Shown piece after piece: positions 52,963 through 61,318 of a stretch of 64,000 nt of DNA (the first letter of the stretch is position 1; each line of letters starts with the position of its first letter). The position numbers were made by a program, and so were the translations under genes. The notes beneath the pieces are model-generated. The model searched no databases. It worked only from the letters and a program-made list of their open reading frames with translations, and was not told the origin of the DNA. The DNA is from Solirubrobacterales bacterium (GTDB lineage: Bacteria; Actinomycetota; Thermoleophilia; Solirubrobacterales; JBBDJG01): positions 42,461 through 106,460 of the forward strand of contig DASRIA010000045.1 of the NCBI GenBank assembly GCA_035650255.1. The letters run 5' to 3'.

Positions 52963-53895
52963 CTACGCGGTCCGCTTGCGGCGGAACAGCAGCAGCGATG
53001 CCGCGACACAAAGCGCTCCGATCAACGCAAGCGCTCCGGTGTTGACGCCGGTGCTTGCCAGTTCGGCGGGCTGGCTGCCCTGCGCGGCCTGGCTGCTCTC
53101 CGACGATTCCTCGCTGGTGTCGGTCTGGGCGAACTCACGTCCGCCTCCGCCGCCACCCTGCTCGCCCTGCTGGCCCTGAACGCCGGACTCGCTTTCGACC
53201 TGGCCCTGAACCTGGCCCTCGTTGGACTGGTTGTTGGACTGGGTCTGCGTCTGCGTCTGGGTCTGGGTGTTGGTGACGTTGTTGTTGACGGTCACAGGAC
53301 CGGCGCCTGGGGCACCTGGAGCACCCGGAGCGCCTGGGGCACCTGGCGCGCCCGGAGCTCCCGGGGCACCTGGAGCGCCTGGGGCACCTGGAGCGCCCGG
53401 AGCGCCTGGGGCACCCGGCTTGCCGCCGGGGCCGCCTTCGCCCTTGTCCTTGTCGTGATCCTTGTCCTTGTCCCCATGGTCCTTGTCCTTGTCGCCATGG
53501 CCTTTGTCCTTGTCGCCATGGTCCTTGTCACCGTGGTCCTTGTCCTTGTCCCCGTGACCCTTGTCGCCATGGTCCTTGTCCTTGTCCCCATGGTCTTTGT
53601 CCTTCCCATGACCCTTGTCCTCGTCATGGCCCTTGCCTTCGTCGTCCTTGCCCTCGTCGTCCTTGCCGGAATCCTTGTCGCCCTTGTTCCCGTGGCTGCC
53701 CTCGTCGTCCTTGCCTCGGCTCTCGTCCTTACCCTTGTCGTTCCCCTTGCCGCCGGAGTACTCGCCGGCCTTTCCCTTGCTGCTTCCCTCGTCGCCCGTA
53801 CCCCAGCCGAAGCCGCTGCTCGCGGTGAGCGCGAAGGTCAGCAGCACGGCCAGGACGACCAGGATTGTCTTGTGGCTTTTTAGGAGCCCAGACAT
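52963..53895 (-). CDS. LAxTG-anchored surface protein with His/Asp/Lys-rich repeats, a (GAP)n collagen-like tract and TQ/GQ low-complexity regions
   Basis: ATG 53895 preceded by AAGGAGGTG. Signal peptide ILVVLAVLLTFALTASSG. (HGDKDKD)n. 11 consecutive GAP triplets. C-terminal LASTG plus a hydrophobic helix plus RRKRTA. Confidence 0.8.
   Translation of the reverse strand: MSGLLKSHKTILVVLAVLLTFALTASSGFGWGTGDEGSSKGKAGEYSGGKGNDKGKDESRGKDDEGSHGNKGDKDSGKDDEGKDDEGKGHDEDKGHGKDKDHGDKDKDHGDKGHGDKDKDHGDKDHGDKDKGHGDKDKDHGDKDKDHDKDKGEGGPGGKPGAPGAPGAPGAPGAPGAPGAPGAPGAPGAPGAPGAPGAGPVTVNNNVTNTQTQTQTQTQSNNQSNEGQVQGQVESESGVQGQQGEQGGGGGGREFAQTDTSEESSESSQAAQGSQPAELASTGVNTGALALIGALCVAASLLLFRRKRTA
53301..53416. 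repeat. 9-bp tandem repeat encoding (Gly-Ala-Pro)n
   Basis: Degenerate ggcgcctgg / ggcacctgg / agcacccgg units repeated about 12 times inside the CDS at 52963-53895. Confidence 0.85.
53441..53640. repeat. Degenerate ~21-bp tandem repeats encoding HGDKDKD-type units
   Basis: Recurrent cttgtccttgtcgccatggtc-like units inside the CDS at 52963-53895. Confidence 0.8.
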
Positions 53896-54121
53896 GGACA
53901 ACACCTCCTTGCTCCTGTCGGGGTTCACGAATCGGGGGCACCCTACCTTGCCGGCGCTTCCCGCATCCGGGTCGTTTCAGGAGCTATCACGCACTTCCCT
54001 TGGCATGGGGCGCCTGCCCGCTGCACAATGCCGTCAAACCGCAACCGGTCGTGGCCAGGTCCGGCTTTCGACCCCGGCGTACGGAGAAACGATGTCGGTG
54101 CAGGGAATTCCTGGTTGCGGT

Positions 54122-54148
54122 GGAGCGGGCCGCGCCGCGGCCCGCTCC
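54122..54148 (-). terminator. GC-rich perfect palindrome just after the hydrolase stop codon
   Basis: GGAGCGGGCCGCG-C-CGCGGCCCGCTCC (13-bp arms), 14 nt downstream of the stop at 54162. No U-tract. Confidence 0.45.
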
Positions 54149-54161
54149 TACCTGAGCGCCC

Positions 54162-56360
54162 CTACTTGATCCAGGAGCCGAACGCGATCTCCGTCGTCCA
54201 GCCGCTGCCGGAAAGGGGCGGCGCCGGCCCAAGCGGCCGTCCGCCGTACACGACGTTGCCCACGGCTCCGTCCTGGTAGGTCTGCCAGGCGATCGGGTCG
54301 GCCTGGCTGACTCCCAGCCGCCCCCAGTCGCACACGCCGGCCGGGAAGGCCCCCTGCAGGCGCGCCCACTGGCCGTCCGTGAACGCAATCGGGTAGTAGT
54401 CGGTGCGTCGCAGCGGCTTCAACGTGCACTTGTTGACGTCGGTCTCGATGCCCTCGCCGGCGACGGTGCGCGGCGTTCCGTACCGGGTCTGGACGTCCTT
54501 CAGGTTGCAGACCTGGCCGATGCCCGGGATCGTGACCTGCTCGAGCGCGTCCACCTGCGTGCAGCGATCGTGCACGTCGCCGGGGCGGTTGCGGATGATC
54601 TTCGCCGCGAGTGAACCGGTGCCGCGGTCCCGCTCCACGCCGGCAAGCCACCGGTCCATGGCCACTATGGCGTCGTCCGCGTAGCGCGGGTCGCCCATCA
54701 GCGGAACGGCCCCGAACCAGATCACATGGTTCGCGAACGTGCCGTGCTCCCGCTCGAGCCGCGCGCGGATGGCCCACGAGCGGTAGGCATCGTGGAACGC
54801 GCCCGGGTCGGGCCCGCGCAGGTCGATGATCGCGACCTTGTCGAGGTTCTTCGTCGTGTTGATCGACCCGCTCTTGTAGGCGTTGGCGAGCGCGGGCTGG
54901 TCGGCGCTGAACCGCTGCGGCGTCCAAACGCTGTCGATCGTGCCGCCGCCGATCTTCTCGTTCAGGTCGACGAACTGCTCGGTCGTGATCTGACCGTTCT
55001 TCAGCGCTTCGAGCCCGTACTGCACTCCCACGTTGTCCAGGGGCAGCCCTGCGAAGCCGCGGCCGACCGCCTGCTCCGCCGGCCCCCACACGCTCGCAGG
55101 GCGCGGGCCGAACACGTTGATCATGTAGTCCGCAAGCGTGCAGCGGATGCCGCCGGGGTTGGACGCGGCGTTGTAGTTGTCCGCGGACGGGACGCCGGGG
55201 CAACCGTCGTCCGGCACGCCCAGCGAGGTCCAGTAGACCGTGTCGAACACGATCGAGTTCACGTGGTTCGGGTGACCCTCCACCGCCGCGATCGCGTCGG
55301 GTGTCCAGGCGACGCCGGTGCCCCACCTGGCCGGGTTCTCGGTGTAGTTGCGGACCAGGTGGTAATCGACGAGCTGCTGCCCGGTCGACCACGCGTCCGG
55401 GAAGCTGCACGCGGGCAGGATCCCCTGGTAGATGCCGGGATAGGCGTTGGCCACCTGCTGCTGCGTGAGCGAGCCGCCCGAGCAGCCCGTGCCGATCGTG
55501 TAGCGGATCGCGCCGTACTGCTCCACCAGCCGCTCCTTGGCCATCACCATCGACTCGGCCTGGGTGACGAGATTGCAGTTGTGACCCGCGTTGTTCAGCG
55601 CGGTCGACATCACGGCAAAGCCGCGCGACAGCGCCGCATCGTTCTCCACCGACGGCGCCGAGCCCGCCTGACGCTCGATCCCACAGCTGGCGCCGTGGTT
55701 GATCAGCAGCTTGTGGTTCCAGCCGGCCTGCGGCTTCCATGGCTCCCACGGCTGCGACGGGTCATAGAGGAGCGCGATCTTGTACTGGTCGCGATCCTGG
55801 TAGCCGGTCTCGACGCGCACGATGTACGGCACCGTCCTGCCCTGGTCGGTCGTCGTAGTGGCGACGTCGGCCGGCGGGTTGTCGGGGTCGTAGTCGGCGA
55901 ACGCCCCGCCGGTCGTCATGTAGCGGTACTCGTAGGTGGCAGGCTGGTTGCACTGCGCGTCGACCGCCCCCGACTGGCACACCCATGGCTGGACCTGCGG
56001 CCCCGAGAAGACCGGGCCGCCGTTCGGATGGTTCGTGATGGTCAGGCTGCCGTCGGCCGCACCGGGGGCCCGCGCCGTGAGGACGTTGCGCCCGATCGAC
56101 AGGCCGGTCACGAGCCCCTGGAACTGCGTGTTCGGGCGCAACGCGAACGACTGCGTCACATCGCGGTCGTCGTCGAACACGCGCACGTCGGCGGGGTTGA
56201 CGCCGGCGGGCATCCTGACCGTGACCAGGGCATCGCCGCCCGAGATCACGTCCGGCCGGTTGGAAACGGCCTCCAGATGAAGCTTTGGCGTGGCGGCCGC
56301 GGCGGGCGCCGCGCACCACAGCATGAGCAAGGCGACCAGGAACCACCAAGTCCGACGCAT
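54162..56360 (-). CDS. Secreted alpha/beta-hydrolase, tannase/feruloyl-esterase-like
   Basis: ATG 56360 preceded by GGGGAGG. Signal peptide MRRTWWFLVALLMLWCAAPAAAA. Nucleophile-elbow-like TGCSGGS. Size and Cys pattern resemble the tannase-family fold. Confidence 0.55.
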   Translation of the reverse strand: MRRTWWFLVALLMLWCAAPAAAATPKLHLEAVSNRPDVISGGDALVTVRMPAGVNPADVRVFDDDRDVTQSFALRPNTQFQGLVTGLSIGRNVLTARAPGAADGSLTITNHPNGGPVFSGPQVQPWVCQSGAVDAQCNQPATYEYRYMTTGGAFADYDPDNPPADVATTTTDQGRTVPYIVRVETGYQDRDQYKIALLYDPSQPWEPWKPQAGWNHKLLINHGASCGIERQAGSAPSVENDAALSRGFAVMSTALNNAGHNCNLVTQAESMVMAKERLVEQYGAIRYTIGTGCSGGSLTQQQVANAYPGIYQGILPACSFPDAWSTGQQLVDYHLVRNYTENPARWGTGVAWTPDAIAAVEGHPNHVNSIVFDTVYWTSLGVPDDGCPGVPSADNYNAASNPGGIRCTLADYMINVFGPRPASVWGPAEQAVGRGFAGLPLDNVGVQYGLEALKNGQITTEQFVDLNEKIGGGTIDSVWTPQRFSADQPALANAYKSGSINTTKNLDKVAIIDLRGPDPGAFHDAYRSWAIRARLEREHGTFANHVIWFGAVPLMGDPRYADDAIVAMDRWLAGVERDRGTGSLAAKIIRNRPGDVHDRCTQVDALEQVTIPGIGQVCNLKDVQTRYGTPRTVAGEGIETDVNKCTLKPLRRTDYYPIAFTDGQWARLQGAFPAGVCDWGRLGVSQADPIAWQTYQDGAVGNVVYGGRPLGPAPPLSGSGWTTEIAFGSWIK

Positions 56361-56473
56361 GAAGAATCCTCCCCGATTCGGTTTGAGCCGACATACCCGT
56401 CGTGGGCGGCCGGTAAACAAAGCCGTACCTCCAGAAACGAATCCGTACCCAGCCGCGCTACTCTTGGCCGGCC

Positions 56474-57139
56474 GTGGCAACGCAGTCCCAGCCGATCTAC
56501 TTCAGGGCCCTCGACTCCCCACCCTGGGAGCGGGGCGACCGCGAGGCCACGGCCGAGTGGCAGCAGGCGCGGATGCTGCATGCGATCGCCCGGGCCGTGT
56601 CGGACAAGGGCTACGCCAAGGTCACGGTCGCGGACGTCGTGGCGCTCGCGGGCGTTTCCCGCCGAACCTTCTACGAACACTTCGACGACGTCGAGCACTG
56701 CTTCGTGGCGGCATACGAGACGGCCACGCGGGAACTGCTGGCGGCCGTCGAGTCCGCCGTGCGCGCAGCGGACGCGGACGACTGGCGGGACCGGTTCGAG
56801 GTCGCGATCGCCGCGTACGCCGATGCGCTGGCATCCGACCCGCACGTGGCCCGCGCCTGTCTCGTATACGTGCACGGCGCCGGCCCGCAGGCCGTGGAGA
56901 CGCGCCGCGTCGTCTACGAGCAGTTCGTGCACCAGATGCGCGCGCTGCGCAACGGCCGCCGGGACGGCAAGGGAGAGATCCCTGCGATCCAGGTGCAGGC
57001 CGCGGTGGGAGCGATCGGTGAGCTCGTGCAGGAGCACATATCCACGCGCGGGGCCGAGTCGCTGCCCGAGCTCACCCCCACCCTGGTCCGGATCGGCTGG
57101 GCGCTGCTCGAGTCGCCCTTTGAGCTGCCCGGCCGGTGA
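56474..57139 (+). CDS. TetR-family transcriptional regulator
   Basis: HTH region ARMLHAIARAVSDKGYAKVTVADVVALAGVSRRTFYEHF. Divergent from the hydrolase. Confidence 0.85.
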   Translation: MATQSQPIYFRALDSPPWERGDREATAEWQQARMLHAIARAVSDKGYAKVTVADVVALAGVSRRTFYEHFDDVEHCFVAAYETATRELLAAVESAVRAADADDWRDRFEVAIAAYADALASDPHVARACLVYVHGAGPQAVETRRVVYEQFVHQMRALRNGRRDGKGEIPAIQVQAAVGAIGELVQEHISTRGAESLPELTPTLVRIGWALLESPFELPGR

Positions 57140-57729
57140 GCCGGTCCCGGTGCGAGTGGGCGCCGGCGGGTGATCCGCTCTACCTCGCCTACCACGACGA
57201 GGAATGGGGCGTGCCCGTCCACGACGACCGCCGGCTCTTCGAGCTGCTGACGCTCGAAGGCGCGCAAGCCGGCCTGTCGTGGGCGACCATCCTGCACAAG
57301 CGTGAGGGGTACCGGAGGGCGTTCGCCGGCTTCGATCCCGCGCGCGTGGCGCGCTTCGACCGCCGCAAGGTCGAGCGCCTGCTTCAGGACCCGGCGATCG
57401 TGCGCAACCGCTTGAAGGTGGAGTCGACCGTGAACAACGCGCGTCGCGTCCTGGAGGTCCAGCGGGAGTCGGGCAGTCTCGACGCCTACCTGTGGAACTT
57501 CGTCGGCGGAGCCCCGATCGCCGGCCGGCGGCGAAAGCTCGCCGACGTCCCCGCCGAGACGGCCGAGTCGAAGGCGATGAGCAAGGATCTGAAGCGCCGG
57601 GGATTCCGGTTCGTCGGGCCGACGGTTTGCTATGCCTTCATGCAGGCGGCCGGGCTCGTCAACGATCACGTGACGTCTTGCTTCCGCTACCGGGAGCTCG
57701 AGCCCCGCGAGAAAGCTCGCCGGGGCTGA
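57136..57729 (+). CDS. tag: DNA-3-methyladenine glycosylase I
   Basis: RCEWA...YHDEEWGVPVHDDRRLFELLTLEGAQAGLSW...ILHKREGYRRAF...IVRNRLK...GPTVCYAFMQAAGLVNDH. GTGA overlap with the TetR gene. Confidence 0.9.
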   Translation: MSRSRCEWAPAGDPLYLAYHDEEWGVPVHDDRRLFELLTLEGAQAGLSWATILHKREGYRRAFAGFDPARVARFDRRKVERLLQDPAIVRNRLKVESTVNNARRVLEVQRESGSLDAYLWNFVGGAPIAGRRRKLADVPAETAESKAMSKDLKRRGFRFVGPTVCYAFMQAAGLVNDHVTSCFRYRELEPREKARRG

Positions 57730-57798
57730 GATCCTCAACTAAACTCCTGCATAACGCCTGATCGGCGGAGTGGGAACCCCCAGGGAAGGGATAGCGGA

Positions 57799-58545
57799 AT
57801 GAAGTTTCTTGGCCTTGTGGCCGTCTGCGTGACGGCCCTGCTGGCGCTGGCGTCAAACGCCATGGCGCGCCCAGACTTTCGATGCAACGGGGTCTTCAAG
57901 GGGAAGACCTATGACGGAGTGGTCGTGCCGCGCGGCGCCTCATGCACGCTGGTCGACGCGAAGGTCAACGGCAACGTCCGCGTGCTGCGCAACGCGTACT
58001 TCCAGTCCACCGGCTCGATCGTGCACGGGGACATCGAGGGCAAGGCGTCCCAGACCATCTTCATCGACACCGGCTCGAGGATCTCCGGCAGCGTCGAGTC
58101 CGTCGACGCGCGTCAGTTCTTCGTGTTCAACAGCACCGTGGGCGAGGACATCGAGCCCGAGCGGACCCGGGAGACCGTGCAGGTCTGCGGCAACAACGTG
58201 CGCAGGGGGAACATCGAGGTGCTCTGGAGCGGGCCCAACGGCGGTGCGCTCAGCGAGCACCCCGGGACCGACATCCTGATCGGCGACCCGCTCACCGTCG
58301 GTTGCCGTGGCAACGCGGTGCGCCGCGGGGACATCCGGGTGTTCGGCAACTTCGCGAACATCGAGTTCGTGATCCGCGGCAACACGGTCAAGCGCGGCAG
58401 CCTCGAGGTGGCGCGGAACACCGGTCCGGCCCCGAAGATCGTGGCCGGCAACGTCGGCGGCGATCGTCTGGCATGCCGCGACAACAGCGCGTTCGCCAAG
58501 GAGGCGAACAAGCGCTGGGACCGTCGCAGCGGTCAGTGCAGCTGA
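57799..58545 (+). CDS. Secreted hypothetical protein with beta-solenoid-like G(N/D)(V/I) periodicity
   Basis: Signal MKFLGLVAVCVTALLALASNAMA. Recurring GNVRV, GDIEG, GSVES, GNIEV, GDIRV, GNTVK and GNVGG units. Conserved Cys. Confidence 0.5.
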   Translation: MKFLGLVAVCVTALLALASNAMARPDFRCNGVFKGKTYDGVVVPRGASCTLVDAKVNGNVRVLRNAYFQSTGSIVHGDIEGKASQTIFIDTGSRISGSVESVDARQFFVFNSTVGEDIEPERTRETVQVCGNNVRRGNIEVLWSGPNGGALSEHPGTDILIGDPLTVGCRGNAVRRGDIRVFGNFANIEFVIRGNTVKRGSLEVARNTGPAPKIVAGNVGGDRLACRDNSAFAKEANKRWDRRSGQCS

Positions 58546-58560
58546 CGCAGCGCTAGCGGC

Positions 58561-58923
58561 TCAGACGTCGACGGCGACCGCGAACCCGCCGTAGATCATC
58601 CGCTTCATGTCGAACGGGTTGACCTTCGGGTCCATCATGTCGGCGAGGCGGGGATCCTTCATGACCTTCGCGTTCACGCGGTTGCGGTCCGCGCGCGACT
58701 TGAAGGTGATCCACGAGAACACGACGGTCTCGCCGGGCTTGAGCTTCACGCTCTGCGGGAATGACGTCACCTTTCCCTTCTTCACGTCGTCAGCCACGCA
58801 CTCCCGGTACTCGAGCGCACCGTGCTCGCGCCAGACCTTGCCCGCCTTGCGGGCCATGCGGCGGTATTCGGGGAGCTTGTCCTTCGGGATGGGAAGCACG
58901 AATCCGTCTACGTACTGCGCCAT
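58561..58923 (-). CDS. DUF1428-family protein
   Basis: MAQYVDGFVLPIPKDKLPEYRRMA...GALEYRECV...VVFSWITFKSRADRNRVNAKVMKDPR...MIYGGF. Confidence 0.8.
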   Translation of the reverse strand: MAQYVDGFVLPIPKDKLPEYRRMARKAGKVWREHGALEYRECVADDVKKGKVTSFPQSVKLKPGETVVFSWITFKSRADRNRVNAKVMKDPRLADMMDPKVNPFDMKRMIYGGFAVAVDV

Positions 58924-58924
58924 G

Positions 58925-59980
58925 TCAGCCTCCGTTATGGGTGGTTGTCGGTAGCAGCTCGGCGGGCAGCCCGAAGCGCTCGAACAGTGACGGCGTGGCC
59001 CACGCCGTCACGTCCGCGATCAGGCCCTCGCGCACAGTGAGCACGTCGAGGATCGCGGCGCGATAGACGCCGGTCTCGTCGTCGCGCCGGTAGGCCGCGA
59101 AAGCCAGCTGGCCGTTCGCCCGGGTCGGCACCAGGCGCCATTGGCCGTGTATCCGCGGGAGGAACGCGTCCACGGCGTCCCTGCCCTCGTACCACGCGTC
59201 ATGCGGCGGCAGCGCAAAGGTGGGCTGGTCGGCCAGCAGCGCGACCATCGTGTCGACGTCGCCCCGATCCCAGGCGTCGATGAACCCTTCGACCAGGTAG
59301 CGGACCTGCTCGTCGCCCAGCGCGCGCAACGTGGCCTGCTGGCTTTGCTCCGGGAGCCGCGACTCGACCGCCGCACGCGCCCGCTGCATGGTGCTGTTCA
59401 CCGAGGCCGTGGTGGTCTCGAGCGTCTCGGCCACCTCCCGGGCGGAGAACCCGAGCACCTCGCGGAGGATCAAGACGGCTCGCTGCCGCGGGAGCAGGTG
59501 CTGGAGGGCCGCGGTGAACGCCAGCTCCACGCTCTCGCGCAGCTCGTAGCGGGCCTCCGGGGCCGCGAAGCCTTCCGCGAGGCCCGTGACGGCGTCCGGG
59601 TACGGCTCCAGCCACGTCGAGTCCGGCAGCGGCTCACCCAGCTCGTCGTCGATTCTGGAGACCGGGCCGTAGTCGATCGGCAGCACCCGCTTGGAGCGCC
59701 GCGCCAGCGCGTCGAGGCACGCGTTGGTGGCGATCTTGTAGAGCCAGGACCGCAGGGAGCTGCGGCGCTCGAAGCCGGGGAGGCCGCGCCATGCGCGCAA
59801 CAGCGCCTCCTGGAGAGCGTCATCGGCGTCGTGCACCGAGCCGAGCATCCGGTAGCAGTGAGCGTGCAACTCGGCGTGGCGCGGCTCCACGAGCCGGCGA
59901 AACGCCGCCTCGTCACCCTCGCGGGCGGCCGCCAGCAGCTCCTGCTCGGACGCGGCCGGGCTTGTGGAGGCGGAACTCAT
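58925..59980 (-). CDS. ECF sigma factor with a C-terminal SnoaL-like domain (SigJ/ECF41-like)
   Basis: Region 2 DADDALQEALLRAWRGLPGFERRSSLRSWLYKIATNACLD. Region 4 LLPRQRAVLILREVLGFSAREVAETLETTTASVNSTMQRAR. About 130-aa NTF2-like tail. Confidence 0.85.
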   Translation of the reverse strand: MSSASTSPAASEQELLAAAREGDEAAFRRLVEPRHAELHAHCYRMLGSVHDADDALQEALLRAWRGLPGFERRSSLRSWLYKIATNACLDALARRSKRVLPIDYGPVSRIDDELGEPLPDSTWLEPYPDAVTGLAEGFAAPEARYELRESVELAFTAALQHLLPRQRAVLILREVLGFSAREVAETLETTTASVNSTMQRARAAVESRLPEQSQQATLRALGDEQVRYLVEGFIDAWDRGDVDTMVALLADQPTFALPPHDAWYEGRDAVDAFLPRIHGQWRLVPTRANGQLAFAAYRRDDETGVYRAAILDVLTVREGLIADVTAWATPSLFERFGLPAELLPTTTHNGG

Positions 59981-60071
59981 TCTTCATGACGATAGACCTA
60001 TCGGCCCGGCCAGATTCATCGCCGGCCCGATGAATTCCCCGGCCGGCGGCGGTCAAGAAGGCAAACAGGCG

Positions 60072-60434
60072 ATGAGGCCGGCCCTGACCAATCCCGTCGT
60101 GCACCTCGAGCTCCAGACGGGGAACCTGCCGCGCGCGTGTGCCTTCTACACGCGCCTCTTCGGCTGGCCGGTGGAGCACATCGACGCCGGGTCGGGCTCG
60201 TACATCGCGCTGGGCCTCGGCGAGGCGATCGAGGGAGGCGTGGTCGAACGCGACACGGGCCGCTCCCTCTGGCTGCCATACGTCGAGGTCGAGGACGTGG
60301 TCGACCTCACCGAACGCGCGCGACTGCTCGGCGCCTCCGTCCTGCTCGCGCCGCGAGAGGGTCCGGCGGGCTGGCGCAGCGTCGTGTCGGTCCCGGCCGG
60401 CGCGGAGGTCGCCTTGTGGCAGCCGAAGCCCTAG
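60072..60434 (+). CDS. Glyoxalase/VOC-family protein
   Basis: VVHLELQTGNLPRACAFYTRLFGW...WLPYVEVEDVVDLTERARLLGASVLLAPRE. Start at the internal ATG 60072. Confidence 0.7.
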   Translation: MRPALTNPVVHLELQTGNLPRACAFYTRLFGWPVEHIDAGSGSYIALGLGEAIEGGVVERDTGRSLWLPYVEVEDVVDLTERARLLGASVLLAPREGPAGWRSVVSVPAGAEVALWQPKP

Positions 60435-60934
60435 TGCGTTTGTACGATCAGGCCGTGGCCCGCTGGCAGGAGATCGAGGACTCGGCATCCGAGTTCGCAG
60501 CCCGGATGCGCGACCGGCTCGACGCGGGGGTCCACAAGACGATCGCCACGCTGCGGGCGGGCGGCGCACCGCGCATCAGCGGCATCGAGGCGTTCTTCGC
60601 CGACGGCGATCTGTGGTTCGGCTCGATGCCGAATGCGCGCAAGGCGCTCGACCTGCGACGCGATCCGCGGTTCGCGCTCCACAGCGCATCGGCCGACCCG
60701 CCGGGCTGGGACGGCGACGCGAAGCTCAGCGGGCAGGTCGAGGAGATCACCGATGCCGAGCGCCGGCTGGCGGTCTTCGGCACGCACGGGTCGGATCCAC
60801 CCTCGAGCGATGCGCACCTGTTCCGGGCCGACATCGAAGAGGCGGTGTTGGTGGGGCTGAACGACGCGCGCGACCGGCTGGTGATCGAGCTGTGGCGCCC
60901 GGGTCAGGAGATCCGCAGGATCGAGCGGGAGTGA
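60434..60934 (+). CDS. Pyridoxamine 5'-phosphate oxidase-family (PPOX-fold) protein
   Basis: GTG 60434 overlaps the previous stop (TAGTG). IATLRAGGAPRISGIEAFFADGDLWFGSMPNARKALDLRRDPRFALHS. Confidence 0.55.
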   Translation: MRLYDQAVARWQEIEDSASEFAARMRDRLDAGVHKTIATLRAGGAPRISGIEAFFADGDLWFGSMPNARKALDLRRDPRFALHSASADPPGWDGDAKLSGQVEEITDAERRLAVFGTHGSDPPSSDAHLFRADIEEAVLVGLNDARDRLVIELWRPGQEIRRIERE

Positions 60935-61221
60935 GCGGCAAGGCGGCGGAGGAGCGCATCCTGAACGCGATCCGCGCGATCCCGGAGGGGTTCGTGCGAA
61001 CGTACGGAGACGTGTCGCCCGGAGCGCCGCGGCTCGCGGGGCGCATCCTCAGCACAACCCACGCGCCCGACGTTCCGTGGTGGCGGGTGGTGCGCGCCGA
61101 CGGCTCGCTGGCGGCCGGCGACGCCCAGCGCGCACGACTCGAGGCCGAGGGCGTGCCGTTCCGGTCAGGGTCGAAGGTACGTGTCGATCTGCGGATCGCC
61201 CGCATCCCCGGCGCTCCTTGA
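60931..61221 (+). CDS. Alkyltransferase-like (ATL) protein: MGMT DNA-binding domain with Trp replacing the active-site Cys
   Basis: GTGA overlap with the upstream gene. IPEGFVRTYGDVS...VPWWRVVRADGS, where canonical O6-alkylguanine transferases read PCHRV. Confidence 0.7.
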   Translation: MSGKAAEERILNAIRAIPEGFVRTYGDVSPGAPRLAGRILSTTHAPDVPWWRVVRADGSLAAGDAQRARLEAEGVPFRSGSKVRVDLRIARIPGAP

Positions 61222-61318
61222 TCCACCCACGCGTCGCCGTGATACCCCAGATGGAGCAGAGGCACGGGAGGTAGCTCTGGCGGAGCAAGGCGTTCCCGCC
61301 GACTCCTGAGCCGGGTGG

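Noticed and set aside
53301-53640. Short tandem repeats considered as a possible CRISPR or minisatellite
   Set aside because: The units are 9 bp and ~21 bp with no spacers, and they stay in frame inside the LAxTG protein gene, encoding (GAP)n and HGDKDKD repeats. This is not a CRISPR array.
54726-57173. 815-aa ORF on the plus strand
   Set aside because: It lies antisense to the secreted hydrolase and out of frame with the TetR gene. The composition is Arg/Gly/Asp/His-rich with no motifs.
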